The notes under the pieces: generated by a model
Database searches by the model: none
The model's input: only the letters and a program-made list of their open reading frames with translations
What the model was told of the DNA's origin: nothing
In this document: positions 50,449 through 61,388 of the stretch, in pieces
How the letters are laid out: each line of letters opens with the position of its first letter
Position numbering within the stretch: the stretch's first letter is position 1
NCBI GenBank assembly: GCA_050302075.1
Contig: JBNLAH010000002.1
Span: 96,001 to 160,000 of the forward strand
Direction: 5' to 3'
Source of the DNA: Parachlamydiales bacterium
Lineage (GTDB): Bacteria > Chlamydiota > Chlamydiia > Chlamydiales > SM23-39
DNA: 64,000 nt
Translations under genes and position numbers: made by a program

Positions 50449-51738
50449 ATGCCATTTACTATTACAATGCCTAAATTATCTCCCACAATGGAAGAAGGAA
50501 CTATCGCAAAATGGCACTTCAAAGAAGGGGACAAAGTTGAATCTGGTGATGTTTTAATTGAAGTCACAACTGATAAAGCTACAGTAGAGCACACAGCTAT
50601 AGATGGGGGATTCCTTCGTAAAATATTGGTCAAAGAGGGTGAAGATGCTAAAGTCAATCAAGATATTGCAATTTTCAGTGAATCGTTAGATGAAAGTATT
50701 GAGGATTATGAAGCTTTAAAACAGCCTTCTTTAGAAAAAACTGAAGTTGAAAAGCCAGTAGAAGAAGAAGCTCCTGAGGAAAAAGCAAAAGAAGCAGAGC
50801 AGGTATCCATAAAACAACCTTCTTTTGTTCCATATCCTCCTCTAAAGGACTATGTCTTTAAATTTCCACAAGAAGGTTTGCAAGAAAGAGTTAAAGCATC
50901 TCCTTTAGCTAGAAAAATTGCAGAAGATAAGGGGCTTGACCTAACTACAGTTAAAGGCACAGGTCCAAATGGACGAGTGATGGAGCGAGACTTAAGTTTA
51001 GCTCAACCTTTAGGAAAGATATCAAGGAAGAAAAAGATACCAACAGATATTCCTGGAAGCTATGAAGAGGAGCCTTTAACTCCGATGAGGAAAGCAATAG
51101 GCAAAAGGCTTCAAGAATCAAAAAGTTTTATTCCTCATTTTTACATAACTCAGGAAGTTGATGTTGACTCTTTGGTAATGATGCGAAATCAACTAAAAGA
51201 GTTGGGTGTTAAACTCACTTTCAATGATTTTGTAGTTAGGGCTTGTGCTTTGGCTTTAATGGATCATCCGGGCATCAACTCCGGCTTTAATTCTGAAAGT
51301 CAATCGGTTGTGTACTTTAAAACAATAGATATAGCAGTGGCAGTGACTGTTGAGGGAGGTTTGATTACTCCTATTGTCAGGCATGCTAATTTCAAAAGCC
51401 TTAATGAAATTTCAGTAGAAGTTAAGGCATTAGCTCAAAAGGCAAAAAACATGAAGTTACAGCCAGAGGAGTATCAAGGTGGGTCGTTTACAATTTCTAA
51501 TTTGGGGATGTTTGGTATAACTGATTTTGTAGCAGTTATAAATCCTCCGCAGTCAGCTATACTAGCTGTTGGGGGAATTCAAGAAAAACCAGTTATTAGG
51601 GATGGAAAGGTGACAGTTGGTAAGACGATGTCAATTACGCTATCAGCTGATCATAGAGTAGTTGATGGCTCTGATGGAGCAAAGTTTATCAAGGATGTTC
51701 AAAAGCTTTTGGAAAGTCCGGCAGCTCTTTTGCTATAG
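50449..51738 (+). CDS. pdhC: Pyruvate dehydrogenase E2 dihydrolipoamide acetyltransferase
   Basis: Lipoyl TDKA, ASPLARK, DHRVVDG. Confidence 0.96.
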   Translation: MPFTITMPKLSPTMEEGTIAKWHFKEGDKVESGDVLIEVTTDKATVEHTAIDGGFLRKILVKEGEDAKVNQDIAIFSESLDESIEDYEALKQPSLEKTEVEKPVEEEAPEEKAKEAEQVSIKQPSFVPYPPLKDYVFKFPQEGLQERVKASPLARKIAEDKGLDLTTVKGTGPNGRVMERDLSLAQPLGKISRKKKIPTDIPGSYEEEPLTPMRKAIGKRLQESKSFIPHFYITQEVDVDSLVMMRNQLKELGVKLTFNDFVVRACALALMDHPGINSGFNSESQSVVYFKTIDIAVAVTVEGGLITPIVRHANFKSLNEISVEVKALAQKAKNMKLQPEEYQGGSFTISNLGMFGITDFVAVINPPQSAILAVGGIQEKPVIRDGKVTVGKTMSITLSADHRVVDGSDGAKFIKDVQKLLESPAALLL

Positions 51739-52653
51739 CCATTTCTTTTTTATAAAAACAATAACTGATAGAAGAGATAGCACAATTACAATGTTCATAA
51801 TAACAACAAAAGCTAGAGGATCTTTTTCGAAAGGAAGTTCGACATTCATCCCATAGACCGATGCTATAATTGTTGGTATTGTGAAAATAATTGTAATTGC
51901 TGTTAGCCTTTTGATAGTTTTGTTCACATCATTTGTGAATATGATTTGATAAGAGTCTCTTAATGATCTGATGCTTCTTACATTAACTTGGCAATAGTCT
52001 TCAGACTGTTTAATTGCGATTGATAAGTCTTGCAAAAGATCATAGTCTTTTTCGTAAAGTTTCACAAATCTGCCGCCTAAAATTGACTCCAACAAGTTTC
52101 TCATCGGTACAAGTGATGTTAAAAACTGATTTAAAATCTCTTCGTTTTTTGTGAGTAAGATTATTGCATCGCTATCGATGTTCACAATTTCTTTTTCTTG
52201 CTCTAGGACGGCATAGCGAACCCGCTTGATACTATTTGTATAATCCTGAGTGATTTTTAATAAAATATTGAATAAAAGCTTTGATTTCTGTGTAGTTGCA
52301 AGCTGGAGATTATTTTTTAAAATGTTATCTATAACATGACTTTTTTGGGGGCATATTGTTACAACATAGAATTCTGTCAAAATGATTGTAAGTGTTGCAG
52401 TATATAAGCCTAATTCTTCTTCAGAAGGGTGCCTTGTAAAAACCAGAATATTTTTATCTGCAAGTTCAATTCTGGGAATCTCATATTTATCTAGACTATC
52501 TTTTAAATGTTCAAATTCAATCCCTAAAATCGGTTCTAATTGTGATAATTCCTCTGTAGTGGCATTCTGCATATGAATCCAGCTGCCTGGCTTATATTCA
52601 TTGGTTTTTTTAAAAGAATCATCTCTTATTGATTTGTAATAAATATCAATCAC
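51733..52653 (-). CDS. CorA family Mg2+/Co2+ transporter
   Basis: YGMNV signature; two C-terminal TMs. Confidence 0.92.
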   Translation of the reverse strand: MIDIYYKSIRDDSFKKTNEYKPGSWIHMQNATTEELSQLEPILGIEFEHLKDSLDKYEIPRIELADKNILVFTRHPSEEELGLYTATLTIILTEFYVVTICPQKSHVIDNILKNNLQLATTQKSKLLFNILLKITQDYTNSIKRVRYAVLEQEKEIVNIDSDAIILLTKNEEILNQFLTSLVPMRNLLESILGGRFVKLYEKDYDLLQDLSIAIKQSEDYCQVNVRSIRSLRDSYQIIFTNDVNKTIKRLTAITIIFTIPTIIASVYGMNVELPFEKDPLAFVVIMNIVIVLSLLSVIVFIKKKWL

Positions 52654-52771
52654 GGAAAAGCCCTTTTTCCCTAATAATCATTTAATAATAATTAAAATTA
52701 AGGAAAGCAAGGAATTTTTATATATTTTTTTGAAAATATTAAATGGGAAGGTTATCTGAAAGAGCTTATAT

Positions 52772-53827
52772 TCAATTTGAAGGAGGTGTTAATAAATTTT
52801 TAAAAATTTCAATCTCTTTTTGAAGCTTTTTTAAATTATCAGCATATTTTTGTATGCGTCTAAGGTGCGCCTTTTGGAGATTATATTCCTGAATAGGTAT
52901 TGCTGGAGATCCTCTGTATTTTCCACTTTTTGTAAGAGATTTACTTACTCCACCACGAGTGGCTATTAAAACATAATCTGTGATTTCAACATGTCCAAGT
53001 ACTCCGACTTGTCCACCCATCATAACATTTTTTCCAGTTTTAGCTGATCCTGCTATTCCAGTTTGTGCTGCAATTATGTTGCATTCTCCAATTTCAGCAT
53101 TATGAGCTATTTGAACAAGATTATCTATCTTTGTCCCTTTCTTTATGATTGTTGATTTGAACCTAGCCCTATCAATTGTTGAGTTTGCCCCAATTTCAAC
53201 ATCTTCTTCTAAAATAACGTTACCAATCTGTTCTAATTTTATATTGTTTCCATTGTTATCTTGAATGTAGCCAAAGCCGCATGATCCAATTACAGCTCCT
53301 GGCTGTAAAATAACTCTATCTTTAATAATACACTCTTCTCTTACAACACTGTGAGAGTGAAGAAGGCAATTAGACCCAATAGTAGAGTTAGGACCTATAA
53401 AGACAAGTGGACCAATAAAAGTATCGTCTCCAATAACTACATTTTCATCGATTACAGCATTGGGACATATGGTTACATTATTTCCAATTTTTGCAGTCTC
53501 ATGAATAACAGCTGTTGGATGTAAATTAGAAAAGCCGCTTTTTTTAGTGGTTGATAAGATAATTTCCGCAATTTGTTGAAAAGTTTTAGACGGATCATTT
53601 GATATTAGATAATTTTTATTATCTTCAATTTTAACGGATTTTGAAATACAAAAGACCCCAGCTTTGGAATGCTTCATCATTTCAGCATAACGTAAATTAG
53701 CTAAAAAAGAGACCTCTGATTCTTTTGCATTTTCTAGTGTATTAACGCCGGCAACCATATAATTTTCATTGCCGACGCACTTAGAATTTGTTAAATCTGC
53801 TAGCTCTTTTAAGGTAAACTTTTTCAT
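52772..53827 (-). CDS. lpxD: UDP-3-O-acyl-glucosamine N-acyltransferase
   Basis: Hexapeptide repeats, GFGY, TIDRA, KIDNLVQIAHN. Confidence 0.97.
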   Translation of the reverse strand: MKKFTLKELADLTNSKCVGNENYMVAGVNTLENAKESEVSFLANLRYAEMMKHSKAGVFCISKSVKIEDNKNYLISNDPSKTFQQIAEIILSTTKKSGFSNLHPTAVIHETAKIGNNVTICPNAVIDENVVIGDDTFIGPLVFIGPNSTIGSNCLLHSHSVVREECIIKDRVILQPGAVIGSCGFGYIQDNNGNNIKLEQIGNVILEEDVEIGANSTIDRARFKSTIIKKGTKIDNLVQIAHNAEIGECNIIAAQTGIAGSAKTGKNVMMGGQVGVLGHVEITDYVLIATRGGVSKSLTKSGKYRGSPAIPIQEYNLQKAHLRRIQKYADNLKKLQKEIEIFKNLLTPPSN

Positions 53828-54399
53828 TATTTAGAAGATTTACTTTCAACTGCTTTCTTTTTACCTTGCTCAAATTCAAAATCACGATCCATTTCTTCAA
53901 TAACTAGGTTTGTTATTTCTAAATCTGGAATGAAATAAAAGCAAGCTTCTTTGTTAACAACATAAGCTAAGTTTTTTCTTTTTGCAATTTTTTCCGACGC
54001 TTTAGAAATAATAGAGTTCATTTTTTGCATTAACTGATAGCTAGCTTGTTGTGATACTTGATAATACCTTTGTTGGTAATTTTCGAGCTCTCCACGCAAA
54101 ACTTGGTACTTTGTGTTAATCTCTTCCTCTGCTTTAGGGGAAAGACTATCTCTGTAATCTGCATCTGCTAGTTTATCGGTGATGTTTTTTAATTCTTTTT
54201 CAGACTCTTCTATCATAGAAGCCATCTGCTTTCGCATATATTCCAGATTCTCTTGCTCGTGCTTACCTGGTTTTGAATCTGTAATACATTTTGTAAAATT
54301 AACAACAGCAACTCGCCCGGACTTATCACTAGCAGCTACTAGTTTTCCCGAGAAAGCTATTGCTAAAATCATAAGAATAAGAATTTTGTGCTTTTTCAT
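53827..54399 (-). CDS. skp: Periplasmic chaperone Skp/OmpH
   Basis: Signal peptide, VAVVN, coiled coil; between bamA and lpxD. Confidence 0.9.
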   Translation of the reverse strand: MKKHKILILMILAIAFSGKLVAASDKSGRVAVVNFTKCITDSKPGKHEQENLEYMRKQMASMIEESEKELKNITDKLADADYRDSLSPKAEEEINTKYQVLRGELENYQQRYYQVSQQASYQLMQKMNSIISKASEKIAKRKNLAYVVNKEACFYFIPDLEITNLVIEEMDRDFEFEQGKKKAVESKSSK

Positions 54400-54411
54400 T
54401 ATAACTCCTTT

Positions 54412-56751
54412 TTAAAATTGCCCAGCCATTGAGAAAAACCATCTTTTTTCATCATCTACACTAGCTGGATTAATTGGTTTACCATAACCAATCATAATAG
54501 GTGTGCGGTTCATTAGTTCCAAGCGAATTCCAGCTCCATAACTTGCTCTTAACTTAGCCGCTGAAAATCTATCAAAGGAGATTGAACCTGCATCAATAAA
54601 AATAAATGCATCCATTAACTTAAATATCATCTGACAATACTCAGCAGATAGTAGGGCTGAAGTAATACCACCAAGTGGCTCATCCTTAGCTGCCTTTGGT
54701 CCCAAAATATAAGGTTTATATCCTCTAACTGAATCTTCTCCACCAAGGAAAAATCTTTCACTTAGTGAGAGGTCATATTTATCACTTGTTTTGCCAAACG
54801 GATCGATAAACTTAATATCACCTCTAAATTTTAAAGTTCCCTTTCTCCAAATACGCTGATACAAAGTATTTATAAATGATAATTTGTAGAAATTAAAATC
54901 TCCGCCGATGCCAGCTACTTCAAATTCCAGATAAGACCTTAATCCTTTTCTAGGTTTATAAATGCTATTTGTGGAGTCATAAGAGAGATTGGTAGAGGCA
55001 GCAGATATTATTCCCTCATTTTTACCAAATCTATCATTATTTGGTTGGCTGTCACGGTCTTTTACATCTGCTTTTGCGTTCCTAAAGCGATACTTAAGAC
55101 CAAAAGATAAGAAATTTGTTATCGGGTAGGAAGAGAAAACAGAAAATCCGATCGTATCTATATCATAGTCTTTTGATTGTAGGCGAGAAGATGTCTGAGT
55201 AAACTCAAAACCTAAGCGCCATGGGGTATCTCTAACATATGGGGTCATCCAGGATATAAGGTAATTATTTTGCCTTTTACCAGGATTGACTCGAATATGA
55301 GCATATTCACCACCACCGCGTAGAGCAGAGGGGCCTTTAGAGAAAATATGCCTAAGTCCGGCAATATTAAAGTTTCTTTCGGTAAGCTCAAGACCACCAT
55401 TAATGTTGTCTGTTGTACTAAATCCCATGAATAAGCTGATACTACCTGTAGTTGTCTCTTCAACTTCGATGTAGACATCTTTATATTCAGGGCCAAGACC
55501 CAGCTCGTCTGAAGAGGGGACTGAATACACATTGACAGATTTGAAATAACCTATAGATTGTAAACGTTGCTCTGTTGCCTGAAGTTTTCTAGAGTCAAAT
55601 AATTCGCCAGGAACCAAAAGCGATTCTCTTAAAATGACGTTATCTTCTGTCGAGCTATTCCCAAATATGCGGATAAGGCCTATTTTAAACTGCTGACCTT
55701 CTTCAATTTTATAATCTACATTATAAATAGGTTTATCTTCTAATAGACATGTTTCAAAATAGACATTTGCTTCTATATAGCCTTTTGAGCCATACAACTC
55801 TTTTATTGCCTCAGCAGACCTTCTAATATTATCTGGAGAATAGTTTTCATTCGCATGAATCAGTATTCTTTTTTCTATTTCACTATCACTAATTAATGTA
55901 TTTCCTTGGAAGGAAACCGATCCAAATTTGTAAACTTGCCCTCTGCTTGCCTTCACGACAATTATTATTTTGCCACTAGTGTCTTCTTTAAGGTAAATAT
56001 CTACCTTGGCATCAGCATAACCTCTATTTTGTAGATAATTTAAAATCCCCATTTTATCTTGTTCTAGGACTTCTTCTTTATATGTCCCAGAACCAGTAAG
56101 CCAGCTGAAAATTAAGTAGTACTTTTTTGTATAGATCTCTTCTCTAATTTCTTTTTCTTCTTGCTTTGAGAACCCTTCAAAATAAATCTCTCTAATAGTT
56201 CCAGATCGACCTTCAAATATATCGATTATTATATCTACTTGATTCTTTTTCTCTACAGGTTCAACAACATAGCTTAGTTGAGATTCAAAATAGCCTTTTT
56301 TTATATAGTATTCTTTAACCTTGTTAAACTGGCGGTTGAATTCAGACCTATTAAATACTGTAAAGGGCTTTATATTTAGTTCTTTTTGAAGTTTTTTTGT
56401 AGATACCCTTTTGTTCCCGTTCCATTCAATATTTCTTATCGTAGGTCTTATCCATAAATTTATTTTAATAAATATTTGATTTCCGCGCATCGATACATAA
56501 GGCTCGATCCTGTCGTACTCTTCCGACAACATCTTTAAGTCACTATCAAAGCTAAGTTGAGAGAATGGGTCATTTTTTCTAGTCTTTAATCTAGATAGTA
56601 TAGTCCTTGTGTCATAAGCTGCATTATCATCGGCATTTTGAATGTTAACTTCAATCTCACCAACAGTTTTTCCTTCGTATGTTTCATATGCAGTTAAATG
56701 AATGCTGGTAATAAGTAGGGCAAAAATAAATTTAAGGTAGGTAAATCTCAT
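54412..56751 (-). CDS. bamA: Outer membrane protein assembly factor BamA
   Basis: POTRA repeats, VRGY motif, C-terminal Phe. Confidence 0.96.
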   Translation of the reverse strand: MRFTYLKFIFALLITSIHLTAYETYEGKTVGEIEVNIQNADDNAAYDTRTILSRLKTRKNDPFSQLSFDSDLKMLSEEYDRIEPYVSMRGNQIFIKINLWIRPTIRNIEWNGNKRVSTKKLQKELNIKPFTVFNRSEFNRQFNKVKEYYIKKGYFESQLSYVVEPVEKKNQVDIIIDIFEGRSGTIREIYFEGFSKQEEKEIREEIYTKKYYLIFSWLTGSGTYKEEVLEQDKMGILNYLQNRGYADAKVDIYLKEDTSGKIIIVVKASRGQVYKFGSVSFQGNTLISDSEIEKRILIHANENYSPDNIRRSAEAIKELYGSKGYIEANVYFETCLLEDKPIYNVDYKIEEGQQFKIGLIRIFGNSSTEDNVILRESLLVPGELFDSRKLQATEQRLQSIGYFKSVNVYSVPSSDELGLGPEYKDVYIEVEETTTGSISLFMGFSTTDNINGGLELTERNFNIAGLRHIFSKGPSALRGGGEYAHIRVNPGKRQNNYLISWMTPYVRDTPWRLGFEFTQTSSRLQSKDYDIDTIGFSVFSSYPITNFLSFGLKYRFRNAKADVKDRDSQPNNDRFGKNEGIISAASTNLSYDSTNSIYKPRKGLRSYLEFEVAGIGGDFNFYKLSFINTLYQRIWRKGTLKFRGDIKFIDPFGKTSDKYDLSLSERFFLGGEDSVRGYKPYILGPKAAKDEPLGGITSALLSAEYCQMIFKLMDAFIFIDAGSISFDRFSAAKLRASYGAGIRLELMNRTPIMIGYGKPINPASVDDEKRWFFSMAGQF

Positions 56752-56844
56752 ATGATTATAAATTAAGGCTAAGCTCTTTTTATTTATTAAATCTGGTCAA
56801 GGGACTCATCTTACATGATGGAGTAAAATTAAGCAAAACAGTTA

Positions 56845-57441
56845 TTAAAAAGATTGGCGATTAATCAAAGCTCTAGCTAATGTTCCTTCATCTATATATT
56901 CAAGACTGCTATTTAGAGGCACGCCGAAAGCTAGTCTTGAAATCTTTTTACAGGTAGTTTCTAAGTGCTGTTTTAAGAATAAAGCAGTGGCATCACCTTC
57001 AATAGTAGAGTCGATGGCAATTAAAATTTCTTGGATTTTATTTTCAGTTACTCTTTTTTTTATTTTTTCTAGTTCTCCACTTTCAATTGCCTTTCCTTCA
57101 AAAGGAGATAGTAAATTATTTAATACGTGATATAGGCCCTTATATGACGAGGTTTGTTCGATTGAAAAAATATCTTTATGATTAGAAACTATGCATAATA
57201 TAGAGTTGTCTCTTCTATCATTATTGCACAGTTGGCAAGCTTCTTGATTTTTAATGCAGCCACAACATTCGCAATATTCAATTTTTAAAGAAAGCTCTTT
57301 GAGGGCTTCTGCAAAAATAGATATTTCTCTATTTTCCCACTCAAGCAAGTGAAAAGCAAAGCGTTCTGCTGTTTTAGAACCTACTCCAGGCAGTTTTTTT
57401 AAAACTTGAATTATTTTTTTTAATTCATTTGGAAAATTCAA
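56845..57441 (-). CDS. recR: Recombination protein RecR
   Basis: LPGVGSKTAER, C4 zinc finger, TIEGDAT Toprim. Confidence 0.96.
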   Translation of the reverse strand: MNFPNELKKIIQVLKKLPGVGSKTAERFAFHLLEWENREISIFAEALKELSLKIEYCECCGCIKNQEACQLCNNDRRDNSILCIVSNHKDIFSIEQTSSYKGLYHVLNNLLSPFEGKAIESGELEKIKKRVTENKIQEILIAIDSTIEGDATALFLKQHLETTCKKISRLAFGVPLNSSLEYIDEGTLARALINRQSF

Positions 57442-57580
57442 CTTAATCAGCCTAATTTTATTTTTTTTATAAATTAAAACTTTTACTAAATGAGGAAAGC
57501 ACTTTTCATTAACTCACAATTTATATAAAATTGCTATCACAACATAATAATTTACAAGATAAAAACAAAAGGATTGTTGA

Positions 57581-58576
57581 TTGAAAGCAAAAATTATTGG
57601 AATTGGTTCTTATCTTCCAAAAAAAATACTTAGCAATCATGATTTAGAAAAAATAGTTGACACTTCTGATGAGTGGATTGTTACCAGGACCGGGATAAAA
57701 GAAAGAAGAATAGCTGAAGATGAGTTTACTTCAACAATGGCTGTAAAAGCTGCTAGAAAGGCTATCCAAAATGCTGGCCTTACTGTTGATGAAATTGATT
57801 TTATTATAGTTTCGACTCTGACTCCAGATTATATGTTTCCAAGCACAGCTTGTTTAATTCAAAGTGAATTAGGCTGTAAAAATGCCGCAGGTATTGATAT
57901 TCAAGCAGCTTGTACAGGTTTTTTATATGGCTTGTCTCTTGCTAATAGTTTGGTAAAATCTGGAACTTATAAAAATATTTTATTGATTGCATCTGAAAAA
58001 CTATCTTCAATAGTTGACTATGAAGATAGATCTACTTGTGTTTTATTTGGAGATGGAGCATCAGCTGCAGTTGTCAGTTCTCTAAACAGAAATGGTCTTT
58101 CAGTTGAAAGCATCTGTTTAGGTGCTGATGGAGAGCAAGCTGAATTGCTAATTCTACCAGCAGGGGGATGTAGAGAACCTGCCTCTAGTAAAACAATTCA
58201 AGAAAAGAAGCATTTTATTCAAATGGCTGGAAACGAAGTGTTCAAACATGCTGTTAGACGCATGGAAAGCGCCTCTAAAGAATGCCTAGACATGGCAGGA
58301 ATGTCGGAAGGTGATGTAAGCTGGCTAGTTCCACATCAGGCAAATAAAAGAATTATTGATGCAATAGCTAAGCGTTTTAAGCATTTAGCAGCTAACAGAA
58401 TTTTTGAAACGGTGCACAAGTATGGTAATACATCTGCATCGTCTGTCGGAATTGCCCTTGATGAACTTATGAAAGAGCATACTGTTAAGGATGGAGAAAA
58501 TATTTTATTGACTGCTTTCGGCTCTGGTTTCACCTGGGGAGCATCATTGCTTAGATATGAAGGAGAAGTTAAATAA
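57581..58576 (+). CDS. fabH: 3-oxoacyl-ACP synthase III
   Basis: AACTGF, PHQAN, YGNTSAS. Confidence 0.97.
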   Translation: MKAKIIGIGSYLPKKILSNHDLEKIVDTSDEWIVTRTGIKERRIAEDEFTSTMAVKAARKAIQNAGLTVDEIDFIIVSTLTPDYMFPSTACLIQSELGCKNAAGIDIQAACTGFLYGLSLANSLVKSGTYKNILLIASEKLSSIVDYEDRSTCVLFGDGASAAVVSSLNRNGLSVESICLGADGEQAELLILPAGGCREPASSKTIQEKKHFIQMAGNEVFKHAVRRMESASKECLDMAGMSEGDVSWLVPHQANKRIIDAIAKRFKHLAANRIFETVHKYGNTSASSVGIALDELMKEHTVKDGENILLTAFGSGFTWGASLLRYEGEVK

Positions 58577-59529
58577 TGGAAAAGAAAATAGCTTTTTTAT
58601 TCCCAGGACAGGGTTCACAATATGTTGGAATGGGAAAGGACTTTTTTAATACATTTGCTATAGCAAAACAAACTTTTGAGGAAGCAGAAGATATCCTATC
58701 TTGGAGGGTTTCTGATTTAATATTTAATGGTCCTCTAGAGAGCTTAACTCAAACAAAAAACAGTCAACTCGCAATATTTGTTAACAGTATTGCTATTTTA
58801 AGAACTATTAGACAGCAGATTCCAAATTTAGTGCCATATGTTTGCGCTGGATTAAGCCTGGGTGAGTATAGCGCTCTTTGTGCGAGTAACATTATAGATT
58901 TTGAGACAGCTATCAAGCTAGTCAGAGACAGGGCATATTTCATGAATGATGCTTGTGAAAAAACAAAAGGAACAATGGCCGCTGTTTTGGGGTTGACCGA
59001 CTTGCAAGTTGAAGATATAGTATCACCAATTTCTTTAGAGCATCAAGTGTGGGTTGCTAACTATAATTGTCCTAGTCAGACAGTAATCTCAGGAAGCTCA
59101 GAAGGAGTTAAATATGCTGGCGATTTATTAAAGGAAAGCGGGGCTAAAAGAGTTCTACCTTTGACTGTGCATGGAGCCTTCCATAGCGGGCTTATGCAAA
59201 GTGCCCAAGATAGCTTATCTCCTAAAATCATGAAAGCTAAGCTAAATCCTAGCGAGACTAAGATTGTGATGAATGTAGTTGGTGATTTTGTTGATGATTT
59301 CGATCAAATTCGTTCTAATTTGATTAATCAAATTACTAACTCTGTTAGATGGGAGCAATCAATCAACAAATTGAAAGAAGACTCAGTTGATTTATATATT
59401 GAGATAGGGTGTGGTAAGACATTATCGGGAATGAACAAAAAAATGAATCTTGGAGATAAAACATTATCTGTTGATACAGTGTTGGATTTAGATGTTTTAG
59501 TTGACCAAGCAGACTGCGTTCTTTGTTAA
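58576..59529 (+). CDS. fabD: Malonyl-CoA:ACP transacylase
   Basis: FPGQGSQ, GLSLGEY, GAFHS. Confidence 0.97.
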   Translation: MEKKIAFLFPGQGSQYVGMGKDFFNTFAIAKQTFEEAEDILSWRVSDLIFNGPLESLTQTKNSQLAIFVNSIAILRTIRQQIPNLVPYVCAGLSLGEYSALCASNIIDFETAIKLVRDRAYFMNDACEKTKGTMAAVLGLTDLQVEDIVSPISLEHQVWVANYNCPSQTVISGSSEGVKYAGDLLKESGAKRVLPLTVHGAFHSGLMQSAQDSLSPKIMKAKLNPSETKIVMNVVGDFVDDFDQIRSNLINQITNSVRWEQSINKLKEDSVDLYIEIGCGKTLSGMNKKMNLGDKTLSVDTVLDLDVLVDQADCVLC

Positions 59530-59547
59530 AAATTTTAAGGTATAAAC

Positions 59548-60303
59548 ATGCAATTACTTGATGGTAAAAAAGCAATTATAACCGGTGGAACATCCGGGAT
59601 TGGAAGGGAAATAGCTAAGTTATTTGCTAAAAATGGTGCTAGTATAGCGATATTTGGCACAAACGAAGAAAGAGCTTTGTCAGTTATAAAAGAGCTTGAA
59701 TCTCAAAGAACAAGTGAAGCTCAAGAGTTTTTATATAAATTGGTAGATGTTTCAGGAACCAAGGAAGTAGATAGCGCAATTAACGATATTTTGTCAAAAT
59801 GGTCTAATGTTGATGTTTTAATCAATAATGCTGGGATCACAAAAGATAACTTATTAATGAAAATGAAAGAAGAAGATTGGGATCAAGTAATTAATGTGAA
59901 CTTGAAATCTGTCTATAACACCTGTAAGGCTTTGGCAAGACCGATGATGAAGTTAAAAGGTGGCAAGATTATTAATATCGCCTCAGTAATTGGATTGATG
60001 GGGAACGCTGGGCAAGCAAACTACGCAGCTTCTAAATCAGGTATAATTGGTTTTACAAAGTCCTTAGCTAAGGAACTTGCTAGTAGAGGAATTTGCGTAA
60101 ACTGCATAGCTCCAGGGTATATTAACACACCAATGACAGAAGCATTATCGGATTCCATAAAAGATTCTATCATAGCTTCAATACCTATGAAGAAAATTGG
60201 GAATCCGGAGGACATTGCGAATGCAGCATTATTTTTAGCAGGTCCGTTTTCAAATTATATTACAGGTCAGGTTCTACCAGTTGATGGTGGAATGGTTATG
60301 TAG
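59548..60303 (+). CDS. fabG: 3-oxoacyl-ACP reductase
   Basis: TGGTSGIG, NNAGITKD, YAASK. Confidence 0.96.
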   Translation: MQLLDGKKAIITGGTSGIGREIAKLFAKNGASIAIFGTNEERALSVIKELESQRTSEAQEFLYKLVDVSGTKEVDSAINDILSKWSNVDVLINNAGITKDNLLMKMKEEDWDQVINVNLKSVYNTCKALARPMMKLKGGKIINIASVIGLMGNAGQANYAASKSGIIGFTKSLAKELASRGICVNCIAPGYINTPMTEALSDSIKDSIIASIPMKKIGNPEDIANAALFLAGPFSNYITGQVLPVDGGMVM

Positions 60304-60343
60304 TTATGTTTTTTTTTAATTAAATAAGAAGAGGATAAAACCT

Positions 60344-60583
60344 ATGTCAATAGAAAAGGAAGTAATTGATATTATTGTTGAGCAGCTGGGTGTCGATGCA
60401 GAAGAAGTTACCCTAGAAAAATCTTTTGTTGAAGACTTAAATGCTGACTCATTAGATCAAACAGAACTAATGATGCGCTTCGAAGAAAAATTTGATATTG
60501 AAATTAAAGAAGAAGAAGCCGAGAAACTCACAAATGTTGAAAGCGTTGTTAAATATATTGAAAAAGAAAAACAACAAGCTTAA
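60344..60583 (+). CDS. acpP: Acyl carrier protein
   Basis: DLNADSLD. Confidence 0.97.
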   Translation: MSIEKEVIDIIVEQLGVDAEEVTLEKSFVEDLNADSLDQTELMMRFEEKFDIEIKEEEAEKLTNVESVVKYIEKEKQQA

Positions 60584-60602
60584 TTAAATTTCAAGCTGCT
60601 TA

Positions 60603-61307
60603 TTAATATCTGATAAGCAGCTGATTCATAATAATTTCTACTGTTTCACCACTTATTGTTTTAAAAACTGAATCTACATAGTATTCTGGTAGTTTTTTTG
60701 CATCAGTGTTATCAATTACATAATTTATAAATTTTTTTGCTATAACCTTTTTTTCTGCATAGTGTAATCCTTCGAATTGATTTGTAAATCTAATTCCGAG
60801 TTTCGTTATAGTAGCTAAATCTTTCCATTCAAAGCCATCTTCAAATGTTTCTAAGATATCATTTGCATACTCTTTGATAAGCTCATCAGTAGGGTTTCCA
60901 TCTATTTTAACTGAGGTTAAATATTCATCTAATGAATCGGTGATAATTATGTTAACAAAATGTGGGGCTAAATTTTTAAATAGTGGGTTATAAAATGTAT
61001 CTGGGAGAGTTGATGAATCGGCATTTTCAAATACATAAAATAATATGTGAGTAGCTGAGTCACGCTTGCTTTCAGTTGTTATATGAGGAAAATTTTTTTC
61101 AATATCGGGCAATGCTAATTTTACAATTATTGGGAGGTGCTCCCATAGGATTTTCTCTTGGAATAATTCTTTAATGTCCATTGCAATCAAATCAAGTTCC
61201 CTATCTGTGGGACGAACAGTCACGCTATGGGCTGATGACATGGGATTATCAAATTCATAAGCTGAAAATTTATCGTGATGACCACTTTCCTGATAATCAA
61301 AGAACAT
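60603..61307 (-). CDS. Hypothetical protein with internal two-domain duplication
   Basis: FQEKILWEHL...SKRDSA...LPDTFYNPLFK vs FEDGFEWKDL...EKKVIA...LPEYYVDSVFK. Confidence 0.7.
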   Translation of the reverse strand: MFFDYQESGHHDKFSAYEFDNPMSSAHSVTVRPTDRELDLIAMDIKELFQEKILWEHLPIIVKLALPDIEKNFPHITTESKRDSATHILFYVFENADSSTLPDTFYNPLFKNLAPHFVNIIITDSLDEYLTSVKIDGNPTDELIKEYANDILETFEDGFEWKDLATITKLGIRFTNQFEGLHYAEKKVIAKKFINYVIDNTDAKKLPEYYVDSVFKTISGETVEIIMNQLLIRY

Positions 61308-61388
61308 AAAAGCTCCCTAAAACTTTTTAAGTGGGATTATCAATTAAAATTAAAATATTTGTGAATCAAATTTTAAAAATAAGGTCAA

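Noticed and set aside
59515..59529. CaaX-like ending (CVLC) of FabD
   Set aside because: Cytosolic housekeeping enzyme; most likely chance, and a reminder that CaaX endings can arise randomly
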